A stretch of 63,641 bases of DNA, filler included, from Octopus bimaculoides (GCF_001194135.2; 8 parts of 8 records of this genome joined end to end with filler, not necessarily neighbours in it), one strand, 5' to 3'; counted from the first letter of the whole stretch, positions 27,040 through 38,895 are shown. Notes: generated from the sequence alone by a model not told the origin. A program made the numbers and translations.

Positions 27040-28371
27040 ACATCTCTGTTATATATATAGTATAGATAACAGAAACATGTTACAAAAGCAAATTAGAAAC
27101 TACACGTGGAAATTTAAAGGGAAAGTAAGAAGAAAAATAAGCGAAAATGCACATTGGAAATCAAAAAACATTAAGGCTTTTTATGAAAAGTAACGATAGA
27201 TATATACAATTAGATGAACTGAGGTAGGAATAACGGTAATAAAAGTCATTATTGTGAGTTGTTAAAGAGATTCAAAAGCATACCGGTTTCGTAAAGTTAT
27301 TAATCTTTGCTTTGAATGCACACCGATACACCGATTACTGAACGGTGTCAGGTCTACTAGTCCCCGAGTAAAAAGATTATGTCTAAGGGAGGTAAGTAGT
27401 TCTGGATTTGGTGCAATTAGGGTAGATATAGATCTGTAATGTGAATGGTGCATGGGATGTATGGGGGTTAGTGGTATTAATTGAAAGGTTCGTAGTGTTC
27501 TGTATTATGTTATGTATTCATATTTCGTTTTGGAAGATATTTATTGCTGAAAGTTGCCTCTTTATCCATTCTTTGTTGTACTGAGGTGATCTGTGAACAT
27601 TGATAGAAGGGGAAAATTAGGAAATTAGGATTAAGATTCCTCGCACACCTTTCTATGTCTCCACTGACTGGTATCTGCCTGTATTGTGGGTGGCAGATTT
27701 GTTCTTTGTGGAGAGTGGTTCTTCGACGGAGTGATATTCCTGTTTGATCAATATAATTATTACCACACCCTAAGCATGTAATGGCATAGATTAGATTTTT
27801 CGAGGTACAGATAAAATTTGATTTAATCTTAAATATTTCACCATGTTTAAAGTGGAACTCTGAACCCTCCAAAAGGTGGGGGCAAGTACCACAGTTAGGT
27901 CGACAAAATTTTATCACTTTTGGTTCTGTTGTTAATGGATATAGTCTTGCGCTAGTTAATGTTATTTTCAATGATTTAGGTTGCATTTTGCTTTTGATAA
28001 TTTTGTGTGAGCCTCAAATGTAGTTCATTGTTTTATCTCCTGTGAGGATCGGTAGATTTTGGATGATAATATTAAAGGCTCCGTTGTTTCTAAGGTTATG
28101 TGTGGAGTATTTTTAACCATGGTTTAGTATTTCGGTTGACTTCCCATAATGTTCGCATATCTATTTCATTAGCTCGTTTAATGCCATCATTTATTAATGA
28201 TATTGGGTAACGTCTTTTGATTAGTATTGATCTGAGTTCAAGGAATCTCCGTTCTCTAGTATAGGTGTCCGAAACTATGGTACAACTTCTTTTCGCTAGA
28301 TTGTAACGTGTATTAATTTTTATTTGTTTGAGGTGGCATGAGTTGAATAATAGGCTTTCGCGAACCCTCCT

Positions 28372-28375
<4 letters not shown>
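27040..28375 (-). mobile_element. Penelope-like element remnant: RT thumb, C..C linker, GIY-YIG endonuclease and 3' region
   Basis: YNLAKRSCTIVSD..ELRSILIKRRYPISLINDGIKRA at 28.2-28.3 kb. ORF 27510-27986 reads CRPNCGTCP..FICTSKNLIYAITCLGCGNNYIDQTG..LRRRTTLHKEQI. Confidence 0.9.
27271..27316 (-). ncRNA. Hammerhead scaffold with the CUGANGA core deleted
   Basis: Minus strand: TTCAAA-GCAAAG(ATTAATAA)CTTTAC-GAAA-CCGGTA-TGCTTTTGAA. Stem II, GAAA, palindromic stem III (ACCGGT) and stem I are present. It lies about 200-240 nt 3' of the GIY-YIG stop. Confidence 0.5.
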
Positions 28376-28411
<36 letters not shown>

Positions 28412-29339
28412 NNNNNNNNNNNNNNNNNNNNNNNNNNNNNNNNNNNNNNNNNNNNNNNNNNNNNNNNNNNNNNNNNNNNNNNNNNNNNNNNNNNNNNNNN
28501 NNNNNNNNNNNNNNNNNNNNNNNNNNNNNNNNTTCCTGATGTGAAATCGTGTGCTGAGACAGATATTGTTACGTTTCGGATGATTATTCATTTCGTAGGA
28601 AAAAAAAATGTATTGTCTTTCTTCGATTAAAGTCTTCGACTAAAATCCTTCGCAGTTGTTCCCCAGGCTGAGGAGATAATCAAAAACTATAAAAATCTTA
28701 GTACCATTATTCATTCGATCTCATTCGCCCTCCCTACCTCCATCTCCTCTGTCTTTTATTCATGTCGTTGCGTATGTAATTTAGCCACACCAGGGCGCCG
28801 GGCCTGATGTGCATCTCATTGAAGGTATTTAAACGGTGACCATTTTTATCCTCCAGGTAAAATGTCTTTTGGATTACATTATCCGATGTATTACCGTTTT
28901 ACGACTGTACAGTGTTGATACCGGTGAAAAAATCTGATAAAAATCAATGAAATCTGTTAATATCGATTACCTCATGGACTGATGATTATGGAAGCAGAAG
29001 TTGCCAAGGCTATAAAAGAAATAATGGTAGGAAACGCTGCTGGTTTTGATGAAATCCCAACGGAACTATTTAGGGCACGGAGCACAGAAAACACAAACCT
29101 TTAACAATAAATACGTCACCATTTTCCTCATAGGAAATACCAAAAATGAAAAAAAAACAAGGAAAAACGAAGGATGAAATTATTCAACAATAATGCATAT
29201 TTTTCATGCAAATATATTCGTGCTAAAATTCTTTCAAAATCGCCTCGATAAGCTCCTTAGAAAACAGTCGTCTCACGAACAATCTGGTTTTCTGAAAGTG
29301 AAAGCCATCACACAAATAAGCCTGTTTTTGGCAAGACAG

Positions 29340-30830
29340 TGATATTATTGATATTAAATATATATTAGTGATACATGCAGTGTTAATACCGAGGGGTGAT
29401 AGATATTCCCACCAAAACGTGGATGTTATATTAGAACAGACTATACTGCGATAGGCACCATGAGAGGAACTCTCATAATTAGCTTTTGGTGCAAAACGCA
29501 CTCTTGGTTATATCACTAGCAGGGAGATAAATCCCCACCATCTCAAGCGCCGAGATCACCTGATCACGTGATTTCGACCTACCTTGGTCTTATCGATGGT
29601 GGATGCACGACTACTGGCAACATATATAAAAGAAAAAAACAGTTCAAGAACAAGCTTGTGCCGCGATTAGCCATTGAGCTTATATNNNNNNNNNNNNNNN
29701 NNNNNNNNNNNNNNNNNNNNNNNNNNNNNNNNNNNNNNNNNNNNNNNNNNNNNNNNNNNNNNNNNNNNNNNNNNNNNNNNNNNNNNNNNNNNNNNNNNNN
29801 NNNNNNNNNNNNNNNNNNNNNNNNNNNNNNNNNNNNNNNNNNNNNNNNNNNNNNNNNNNNNNNNNNNNNNNNNNNNNNNNNNNNNNNNNNNNNNNNNNNN
29901 NNNNNNNNNNNNNNNNNNNNNNNNNNNNNNNNNNNNNNNNNNNNNNNNNNNNNNNNNNNNNNNNNNNNNNNNNNNNNNNNNNNNNNNNNNNNNNNNNNNN
30001 NNNNNNNNNNNNNNNNNNNNNNNNNNNNNNNNNNNNNNNNNNNNNNNNNNNNNNNNNNNNNNNNNNNNNNNNNNNNNNNNNNNNNNNNNNNNNNNNNNNN
30101 NNNNNNNNNNNNNNNNNNNNNNNNNNNNNNNNNNNNNNNNNNNNNNNNNNNNNNNNNNNNNNNNNNNNNNNNNNNNNNNNNNNNNNNNNNNNNNNNNNNN
30201 NNNNNNNNNNNNNNNNNNNNNNNNNNNNNNNNNNNNNNNNNNNNNNNNNNNNNNNNNNNNNNNNNNNNNNNNNNNNNNNNNNNNNNNNNNNNNNNNNNNN
30301 NNNNNNNNNNNNNNNNNNNNNNNNNNNNNNNNNNNNNNNNNNNNNNNNNNNNNNNNNNNNNNNNNNNNNNNNNNNNNNNNNNNNNNNNNNNNNNNNNNNN
30401 NNNNNNNNNNNNNNNNNNNNNNNNNNNNNNNNNNNNNNNNNNNNNNNNNNNNNNNNNNNNNNNNNNNNNNNNNNNNNNNNNNNNNNNNNNNNNNNNNNNN
30501 NNNNNNNNNNNNNNNNNNNNNNNNNNNNNNNNNNNNNNNNNNNNNNNNTATATATATTAGCGACAGAGGTAGTATTAATACCGAAAGATAATATTTATCC
30601 CTATCGCTGACGGGGAGATGAATCACTGCTATCTGTAGAGGTCGAGCGTCAATCCTTGATAAAACCAAGGAAGGTCAAAATCCCGTGATCTAGTGTTCAC
30701 TGCGCTGGAGATGGTTGGGGTTTATCTCCCTATCCCCGAAAGATATAAACAAGAGCTCATTTTGCACACAACTAAAAAGTGGGGATAACTATTATAGATG
30801 TGGTTGTTCATATGATATCAATAATAACCG
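29340..30830. repeat. Two diverged inverted copies of a repeat (about 29470-29610 and 30645-30785) flanking an N-gap
   Basis: GGGAGATAAATCCCCACCATCTCAAGCGC..GATCACGTGATTTCGACCTACCTTGG pairs with CCAAGGAAGGTCAAAATCCCGTGATC..GCGCTGGAGATGGTTGGGGTTTATCTCCC. Confidence 0.6.
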
Positions 30831-31250
30831 AATTACATGAGTTTAAATAAAAAGTGTGATTTCATTGAACGATAGGGTGCACCACCAGTTTATTTGATAC
30901 ATCTCTACCAGAATCTGTGCAATAACCAACAATCAACAGCAAGAGCATTCTATCGCATCACACATTTTTCCTATGATACTTATCTATGGTCGTGAATGCT
31001 GAGCAGTGACCGAAAGATTACGGTAGCGAATACAAGCCACCGAAATAGAGCCCCTTTAAAGGATGTTTGGAGAAACGTTACTCGATAAGGTATGGTTACC
31101 AGGGAGTCTTTCCAGACACAGACACTACTTCTCCGCATTGAAAGATTACAGCTCTGACACTAGGGATATAACTTTTAGCTTTCATCTTTTATTTGTTTCA
31201 GCCATTAGGACAAACAAAGACGCACACAGACACACACATACGCATACACA

Positions 31251-31337
<87 letters not shown>

Positions 31338-31357
31338 TTCACACACACATTTATATA

Positions 31358-31519
31358 CGACGAGCATTCTTTCAGTTTCCGTCTAACAAACCCGCTCAAG
31401 ACTTTGGCCGACCCGTGGCTATAGTAGAAGACACTTTCTTAAGATGCCATGCAGTGTGACTGTGACGGGAGCCATGTGATTGGGAAGGAAACTGCTTATC
31501 ACACAGCCACGCTTGCGCA
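31358..31519 (-). mobile_element. SINE family B, tRNA head and core
   Basis: Reverse complement of GCGTGGCTGTGTG..TCCCAATCACATGG..CTTCTACTATAGCC..GAAACTGAAAGAA. Confidence 0.8.
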
Positions 31520-31922
31520 TATGATTAGAATGTCGGTCGCAGAAAAGAATCGAATGTCAGATTCCTGAAGACGATCCAACCAGCATGCGACCTAGGGGTT
31601 GACCAAGAACAAAATGGTTGGATAATATCTATATTCTCAGATGGGTACGCTTTGAATCAAGCCAGAAAGTGTAATGATGGCTGCTTCTAATACTACTCTA
31701 TGGAGAGGGGACCTGAGGAATCTACTCTAATGACCCTCTCAGGATAAGTGGGCGGAGAAATGAACGGATAACTGGCTGGTTGGAAGGGTATAGGAGAAAT
31801 ATGCCTATATTCTCCATATTTGTTTAATTTATATATTGAAATGATTTTCAAAACACTCGAAACTTAATGAAATTAAAATTGATATAAATGTTAGGCGAAA
31901 GGAAAATTAACGAATAGCAATA

Positions 31923-32108
31923 CCGTATTTTCCGGCACATAAATCGACTTTTCCGGACAAAAATTTGCAGCCAAAATAGGTAAGGCGATTGTGAAGGACC
32001 AGAACGTGTGAAATACTGCAAGATTTGGAAAGATAATGAGGATGTTTGAATGTTTGCGCTACATATTTACACTATATATTATGTCGACTTGTATTCCCGA
32101 ATATACGG
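31923..32108. mobile_element. pogo/Tigger-type MITE with TA target duplication
   Basis: TA|CCGTATTTTCCGG..AAATCGAC ... GTCGACTTGTATTCCCGAATATACGG|TA, inserted within the RTE remnant. Confidence 0.75.
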
Positions 32109-32623
32109 TATGTCTCTGTTAAAATATCGATTGCAGAAAACAAACAAAGCATGACTTTGTGGCTAGAAGCTATTATTATGTCCAGTGAAAACGATGGTCT
32201 TTCACCCTCCCGTGTCAGCTAAACAAAGACAACGACCAATAAAGAAACGAACATTGTTACAACACAGAATGCTGTAATAGAAATTGTGAAATCGTTTAAT
32301 TTGCTTCGTTGTAGAATCTTTACTAACGAAGATTGCTTCACAAAAGAAATAAAACAAACGACGATGACGAAATAATTTGCGATGAATAAACTGAACTTCA
32401 GTTGGAAGGACCCGGATGTTTTAAAAGAGAGCAAGAAAAGATTAATCAAAGCTTTGATTATTCCAGTAATGATCTATGAAGCAGAAACATGCTTAATCAA
32501 TAAAAGTGATCAGAAAATAATTGAAGCTTGTACAAATGGGATGCCGAAGAAAAATACTCAGAATTTCTTGGATTGAAAAGCGCATACAGAAATAAAGTTT
32601 AATTCATTATCATTAATCATTAT

Positions 32624-32825
32624 AAGGTAGTGAACTGCCAGAATCGGTAACACATCGGAGAGAATATTGAGCGGTTGCAGGTTCAAATAAAGACGAGGTC
32701 GACTTGGCCACTTATCTTTTCGGAGACGATGAAATAACTACCAGTAGAGCATTTCGGTTGATGTAATCGACTGACCCTTCATCACAAAATCATCACAGGC
32801 CTTGTGACTATAGTAGAAAGAATTA
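32624..32825 (+). mobile_element. SINE family A (diverged)
   Basis: GGTAGTGAACTGCCAGAATCGGT..GAGGTCGACTT..GATGTAATCGACT..GGCCTTGTGACTATAGTAGAAAG followed by (ATT)n. Confidence 0.75.
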
Positions 32826-32837
32826 TTATTATTATTA

Positions 32838-33146
32838 TTGTTCAGTAGTTTTATTTCTATAACGTGCTTTCACTTCACTACCGAGTGCAGCTCTGTGTGC
32901 CTTTGGTATGTGCTGTGGTTTGCTGCGATGCTCTTATGTTTACTGTATTGAAAGTGTTTTGCGTAGAATGTGTGCAGTACCCAGTAGTGCAATTTTCTGT
33001 ATGTTATATATATTTGTAAGTCCTGGTGTTTTTGTTATGTATTTGTCTGAATATTTTTTTATTATACCTAAGGCACCTACTATGATAAGAATTGTTTCTG
33101 TTTTTAGATTCCACATTCGAGTTTCCTCTATTTCCAGGTGGTATTA
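32838..33146 (-). mobile_element. R4/Dong-like 3' end
   Basis: YHLEIEETRMWNLKTETILIIVGALGIIKKYSDKYITKTPGLTNIYNIQKIALLGTAHILRKTLSIQ*, then 3' UTR and (AAT)n. Confidence 0.85.
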
Positions 33147-33589
33147 NNNNNNNNNNNNNNNNNNNNNNNNNNNNNNNNNNNNNNNNNNNNNNNNNNNNNN
33201 NNNNNNNNNNNNNNNNNNNNNNNNNNNNNNNNNNNNNNNNNNNNNNNNNNNNNNNNNNNNNNNNNNNNNNNNNNNNNNNNNNNNNNNNNNNNNNNNNNNN
33301 NNNNNNNNNNNNNNNNNNNNNNNNNNNNNNNNNNNNNNNNNNNNNNNNNNNNNNNNNNNNNNNNNNNNNNNNNNNNNNNNNNNNNNNNNNNNNNNNNNNN
33401 NNNNNNNNNNNNNNNNNNNNNNNNNNNNNNNNNNNNNNNNNNNNNNNNNNNNNNNNNNNNNNNNNNNNNNNNNNNNNNNNNNNNNNNNNNNNNNNNNNNN
33501 NNNNNNNNNNNNNNNNNNNNNNNNNNNNNNNNNNNNNNNNNNNNNCTAGTTTACACACGCAAATTCACAGGTAAAATATGTATTAAAAA

Positions 33590-34292
33590 AATTTAATAAA
33601 TAAATAAATTCATGAATGGATGTTGTTTTCACAGCGATAATGCTCTTCTCAGTACATGAGTCTTTCTAGTTAACACGATTTTTTACACTTCCTGTAGGGA
33701 CGGTAGGCCTGGTATAATTTTCAAATAGGTTTCAGTACCCTTTTTTATCATTCCTAGAGATCCTACAATCACTGGTACAGTAGCCGCCTTGAGATGCCAC
33801 ATTTTTTCAATTTCTATTCGCAAGTATATTTATAGTTACTGATCTTGTCAAAATCTTTCGGCGCTATACTGTGATCACAAGAAATACTCATGTCACTATT
33901 AATTGACATAAACACATCTTTTTTGTCTGATCTTTTATAATAATATCCGGTTTATTAGCTTTTATAGTTTTGTCGGTATGTTCGGGGAAGTCCCAGAGAA
34001 TCGACACATTTTTATCTCAGTCACAGCTTCAGGACGGTATTTATACCATTTATCAGCGGTTTTGATTTTATAATGCCGACATATTGTCCAGTGTAAATAC
34101 TGGCTGACTCTGTTATGTCTTGCTTTATATTCTACAGGTGCTAAAACTCTACACTCTGAAATTAGGTGGTCTATAATTTCATTCTCATCGTTACAGAATC
34201 GGCAATATGGGTCAGCTCCATTTTTTATCACATTGGCGTGGTAGTTCCGGGTTTATAAGCTTTGGTCTTGAGCAGCTAATATGAAACCTTCA
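33590..34292 (-). mobile_element. 5'-truncated R4/Dong-like fragment (CCHC and RLE)
   Basis: KAESEGFILAAQDQSL..CRFCNDENEIIDHLISECRVLAPVEYKARHNRVSQYLHWTIC. The 5' junction directly abuts (TAA)n. Confidence 0.85.
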
Positions 34293-34300
34293 CTCTCTGC

Positions 34301-34357
<57 letters not shown>

Positions 34358-34368
34358 TATTATTATTC

Positions 34369-34767
34369 AGATATACACAATGGATTAAACTGTTGCAAAA
34401 GAACACTTCCTAACATCGAGCTACAACAAGTAACCTTAGATGACAAGAGCTGTCCTAATTATTTTAGCTGTCGCTAATAACACTATTTTCTGGAGTTGTA
34501 TTAAACTGGATTTTATGCCTGTTTCATTTAGCCATCTGTCCAAATCTTTAAGGAAAGTTCCCAATACACTTATAACTACTGGGATACATTTTACCCACAC
34601 TTTCCATAATCTATGTCATTTAATGGCTAGGTCCTGGTACTTTGCTACTTTTTCTAATCTCATATCGATTTTGTCATCGTTTGGAACTGTAAAATCAATT
34701 ATCTGGCACTTTCTACCTTCCTTTTAAATCAGGCCGTCTAGCCTCTATTACTCTGCCAGTCTGAATG
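34369..34767 (-). mobile_element. 5'-truncated R4/Dong-like fragment (RLE and 3' UTR), (TAA)n on both sides
   Basis: IQTGRVIEARRPDL..IIDFTVPND..EKVAKYQDLAI..IPVVI..LG..QKIVLLATAKIIR. Confidence 0.85.
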
Positions 34768-34789
34768 TTATTATTATTATTATTATTAT

Positions 34790-35625
34790 GATGATGAAAG
34801 CCGGCAACAACAAATCACTAAAGGTTTCAAGTAGTGCCTTCTCCTGTGACTCAAAGAGACAATTCTCTCCTTAGAATGCGAGCTGTACCCAACAATGCTT
34901 TTTTCTGGATCACTTCGAGTCTGATAGTTGCTCCAATATTCTTAATATGTTTTTCAAACCTCTTGGCTCCAATTACCACCGGTATCACCATTATTTTCTT
35001 CATAAATTTTCTATCTCGACCCGCAGTGGCTGGTATTTCTCACTCTTTTCTGTTTCCTTACATTTCACCCTCGAATCGCCTGGTATTGTAACATCTATTA
35101 TCTTTCCTTCTTTTTCATTTTTATGGACGATCACGATGTCTGGCCGTCTTGCCTCTATGACTTGGTCGCACTGTATGTTAAAATCCCAGAGTATTTTGTA
35201 ATGTCCGTTTTCCATTACTCCCTCGGCTCTCTCGAGGTTTGCTTTACTGCACAACAGCCAGTGGACATATCTGGCCACATTGTCGTGTCTCCTTTTGTAT
35301 TCGCGTTGTGCGAGCTTACAGCACTCACTGACAATATGGCTTATACTTTCTCCCCTCTCAGAGCACACCCTACACTGTGGTGAGTCAGTGCTTTTATCAA
35401 TGTAATATTTGGAGTAGTTTCTTCTGAGAGCGTGTACTTGAGCGCTGCACACTAATGCCTCAGTAGGCCCTTTTAAGTCTCCTTTCTGCAGCCATTGCCA
35501 GGTTCTGTTCCAATCAATCCCGATCTTTATTTTTCAAGAACTGACTGTGCATTTTCTTGTCCTGACAAATCTTCTTCATCTGCTCTCTCTGGTCTTTCTT
35601 AAATCGGGTTGGATCTACCGCTATC

Positions 35626-35626
<1 letters not shown>
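34790..35626 (-). mobile_element. 5'-truncated R4/Dong-like fragment, (TAA)n on both sides
   Basis: WQWLQKGDLKGPTEALVCSAQ..CRVCSERGESISHIVSECCKLAQREYKRRHDNVARYVHW..KILWDFNIQCDQVIEARRPDIV (ORF 35000-35452). Confidence 0.9.
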
Positions 35627-35722
<96 letters not shown>

Positions 35723-36081
35723 GAGTGAGAGAGCAGTGCATGACATCATAGTGACACTGGGGTAAAATATACGAAGCCTAATATACCCAGCATGACTACC
35801 CGTCTGATAAGGGTACACCAGACACATACATCACAACTATATGTGCACGACATGGTGATCTCATATCAAGATAAACAGCGCATGACCTCGCAGGGGCCCA
35901 GTTAGAATTTTCTTCAGGTCAAGTAGCCCATTCCGCTCAAAAAGTCCCTGAATAAGGTTTGTTTAAGGATGTTGAGCAAGACACCCATGTTTCCAAAGCT
36001 GAATTATTCAAACCCCAAAGAATTCCTCTCAACATATGGCTATGATGCTCCTCCACTACTTCTGCTCATGATCAGAGATGC
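35723..36081 (-). mobile_element. Non-coding (TAA)n-embedded element, copy 1 (cut by a gap)
   Basis: Plus strand begins (TTA)n-GAGTGAGAGAGCAGTGCATG. Colinear with 37406-37770. Confidence 0.8.
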
Positions 36082-36181
36082 NNNNNNNNNNNNNNNNNNN
36101 NNNNNNNNNNNNNNNNNNNNNNNNNTTAATTAATTAANNNNNNNNNNNNNNNNNNNNNNNNNNNNNNNNNNNNNNNNNNNN

Positions 36182-36360
36182 GAAATGCTTAGCGGTATTT
36201 CGGCTGTCTTTACGTTCTGAGTTCAAATTCCGCCGAGGTCGACTTTGCCTTTCATCCTTTTGTGGTCGATAAATTAAGTACCAGTGAAACACTGGGGTCG
36301 ATGTAATCAATACATCCCCTCCCCACAAATTTCAAGCCTTGTGCCTATAGTAGAAAGGAT
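36182..36360 (+). mobile_element. SINE family A (5' end in gap)
   Basis: GAAATGCTTAGCGGTATTTCGG..GAGTTCAAATTCCGCCGAGGTCGACTTTGCCTTTCATCC. Confidence 0.9.
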
Positions 36361-36369
36361 TATTATTAT

Positions 36370-37165
36370 TATAATAATTTTCTCTTTATCACAAGTTTTG
36401 TTGGAGTTCCTGGAGTCTTGCATACGTAAGCGGGCTTATTACCTCCAGCCTACGATACCATGTTATTCGTTCTTTTCAGGTATCTCATACTTTCCTGCTT
36501 ATTCTGGCCGTGTCAAGAAAGCAAACCTTTTGTAACAGTTCTACTGGGCCTTCTATTCCAATTTCCTTTATATTCTCCTTGATGCCTTCTGATACTGTTC
36601 CCAAGGACCCAACAATAATGGGCACTATCTTCATCTTCTTCGTTTACCATAGCTGGGCTATTTCCTACTTAAGAGGGTTGTACCCATTTATTCTTTCGCC
36701 TTCCTTCTTGATTATTTGCGGGTCAAAGGGGCATGCAACATCAACTGTATAGCTTATGTGGTGCACCTTGTCCACCACCACAAAGTCCGTTCTCTTATGC
36801 TCTAGCACCTGATGGATTAGGAAATCCCAGAGGATTTTGCTAGTTTCCGATTCCATCACTCTCTGCGGTTTGTGCTCATACCATGTCTTGCCTCTCTCTA
36901 GCCCCCACTTTTCGTACTGTTTCCAAAGTAGCACTTTCGCTACCTGCTCGTGTCGCCACGATTTGTAGTGGTTTTGGGCAAGGCTAGGGCATTCGTTCGT
37001 GGTATGGGCAATGGTTTCACCTTCTCTATTACAGATGTGGCACAACGGAGTCACTTGCTGATTCATTAGTGGCCAAAGCTTGGTCCTACGCTGCCAGTAT
37101 AGTGCTCTCGGTTTCTTTTTTTAGGGTTCCTTTCATCAGCCAATCCCACCGATTTTTCCCAGCAA
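36370..37165 (-). mobile_element. 5'-truncated R4/Dong-like fragment
   Basis: WDWLMKGTLKKETESTILAA..CHICNREGETIAHTTNECPSLAQNHYKSWRHEQVAK..KILWDF..KRTDFVVVD..VDVACPFD. The 3' end abuts (TAA)n and the 5' end abuts (CAA)n. Confidence 0.9.
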
Positions 37166-37169
37166 CTTC

Positions 37170-37204
<35 letters not shown>

Positions 37205-37227
37205 GCTCTTGTTGTTGTTGTTATTAT

Positions 37228-37337
37228 ATGCTCTGGTGCAGTACCAGGCACTGACTTGCATAGCTTCTGATCTTAACCGATTGGAAGTGTTATCATGTAC
37301 ATATTTTGTCTTGGTATAAAAGATAGGCCCTCTCACT
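37228..37337 (+). mobile_element. Non-coding (TAA)n-embedded element, about 110-bp internally deleted copy
   Basis: ATGCTCTGGTGCAGTACCAGG..GGTATAAAAGATAGG fused to CCCTCTCACT-(TAA)n. Both termini are kept. Orientation is opposite to the other copies. Confidence 0.75.
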
Positions 37338-37405
37338 TAATAATAATGATAATAATAATAATAATTATTATTATTATGATGATTATGATTATTATTATTA
37401 TTACT

Positions 37406-37880
37406 GATTGAGAGAGCAGTGCATGCCATCAAAGTGACGCTGGGGTATAAATATACGAAGGTCAGGACACCCATCATGACTACCCGTCTGGTAAGGGTAC
37501 AACAGGCACATGCATCACAACCATATGTGCGCGACATGGTGATCTCATATCAAGATAAACAGTGCATGACCTCGCAGGTGGGGCCCAGTTAGAATTTTCT
37601 TCACGTCGAGTAGCCCATCCTGCAAAAAAGTCCCTGAATAAGGTTTGTTTCAAGGATGATGAAAAAAACACCCACGTTTCCAGAGGCGAGTTAGTCAAAC
37701 CCCAAAGAATTCCTCTCAACACATGGCTATGATGCTCCCCCACTACTTCTGCTCGTGATCAGAGATGCCCATATCGTCAGCCACTAAGGGACATGCTCAA
37801 CTGATTAAGGTCAGACAACTGACAAGCAAATCTGTGATATTGAGCAGAATATTTGCTGTAGACCATCTTTTATACCAAGA
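37406..37880 (-). mobile_element. Non-coding (TAA)n-embedded element, longest copy (about 475 bp)
   Basis: Flanked by (TTA)n on both sides. No conserved ORF. Shares sequence with 35723, 37228 and 38015. Confidence 0.85.
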
Positions 37881-37951
37881 TTATTATTGTTACTAGTCTT
37901 CTTCTTCTTCTTCTTCTTCTTCTTCTTCTTCTTCTTCTTCTTCTTCTTCTT

Positions 37952-37984
<33 letters not shown>

Positions 37985-38014
37985 ATTATTAGTATTATTA
38001 TTATCATTATTATT

Positions 38015-38187
38015 GAGTGAGAGCAGTGCATGCCATCAAAGTGACACTGGGGTAAAATATACGAAGCCCAGTATACCCATCATGTAACCCGTCTTTTACA
38101 CCAAGACAAAACAGGTACATGAAGGCACTTCCAATCAGTTAAGATCAGAAGCCATGGGAGCCACTGTCTGGTACTGCATCAAGGCAT
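38015..38187 (-). mobile_element. Non-coding (TAA)n-embedded element, about 170-bp internally deleted copy
   Basis: GAGTGAGAGCAGTGCATGCC..CCCGTCT joined to TTTACACCAAGAC..GGTACTGCATCAAGGCAT, with (TTA)n on both sides. Confidence 0.8.
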
Positions 38188-38212
38188 ATTATGATGATGA
38201 TCATCATCATCA

Positions 38213-38282
<70 letters not shown>

Positions 38283-38792
38283 CATTATTATTATTATCAT
38301 TATTATTATTTGATTCCCGTAGAGTGTGCAAAAATACCACTTTNNNNNNNNNNNNNNNNNNNNNNNNNNNNNNNNNNNNNNNNNNNNNNNNNNNNNNNNN
38401 NNNNNNNNNNNNNNNNNNNNNNNNNNNNNNNNNNNNNNNNNNNNNNNNNNNNNNNNNNNNNNNNNNNNNNNNNNNNNNNNNNNNNNNNNNNNNNNNNNNN
38501 NNNNNNNNNNNNNNNNNNNNNNNNNNNNNNNNNNNNNNNNNNNNNNNNNNNNNNNNNNNNNNNNNNNNNNNNNNNNNNNNNNNNNNNNNNNNNNNNNNNN
38601 NNNNNNNNNNNNNNNNNNNNNNNNNNNNNNNNNNNNNNNNNNNNNNNNNNNNNNNNNNNNNNNNNNNNNNNNNNNNNNNNNNNNNNNNNNNNNNNNNNNN
38701 NNNNNNNNNNNNNNNNNNNNNNNNNNNNNNNNNNNNNNNNNNNNNNNNNNNNNNNNNNNNNNNNNNNNNNNNNNNNNNNNNNNNNNNNNNNC

Positions 38793-38895
38793 AGTAACCT
38801 GGGTAAGTGTCCTTCTAATATAGCCCCTAGCCGCGCTTAAAGCCCTGTGAGTGAATTTGGTAGAAAGAAAGAGTATGAGAGAAGATCTTGTGTAT

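Larger units (their letters stand above)
28991..32590 (+). mobile_element. Fragmented RTE-clade LINE RT remnant, interrupted by a gap, a SINE and a MITE
   Basis: EAEVAKAIKEIM.GNAAGFDEIPTELF at 28991; LI.L.QNL..NQ.ST.R at about 30890; LSPYLFNLYIE-like at about 31810; W.DPDVLKESKKRLIKALIIPVMIYEAET at 32400-32490. Confidence 0.7.

Noticed and set aside
37228-38187. 5S rRNA, U2 or HDV-ribozyme origin for the (TAA)n-embedded element
   Set aside because: Only short partial resemblances; I could not build a complete HDV fold or a Pol III box.
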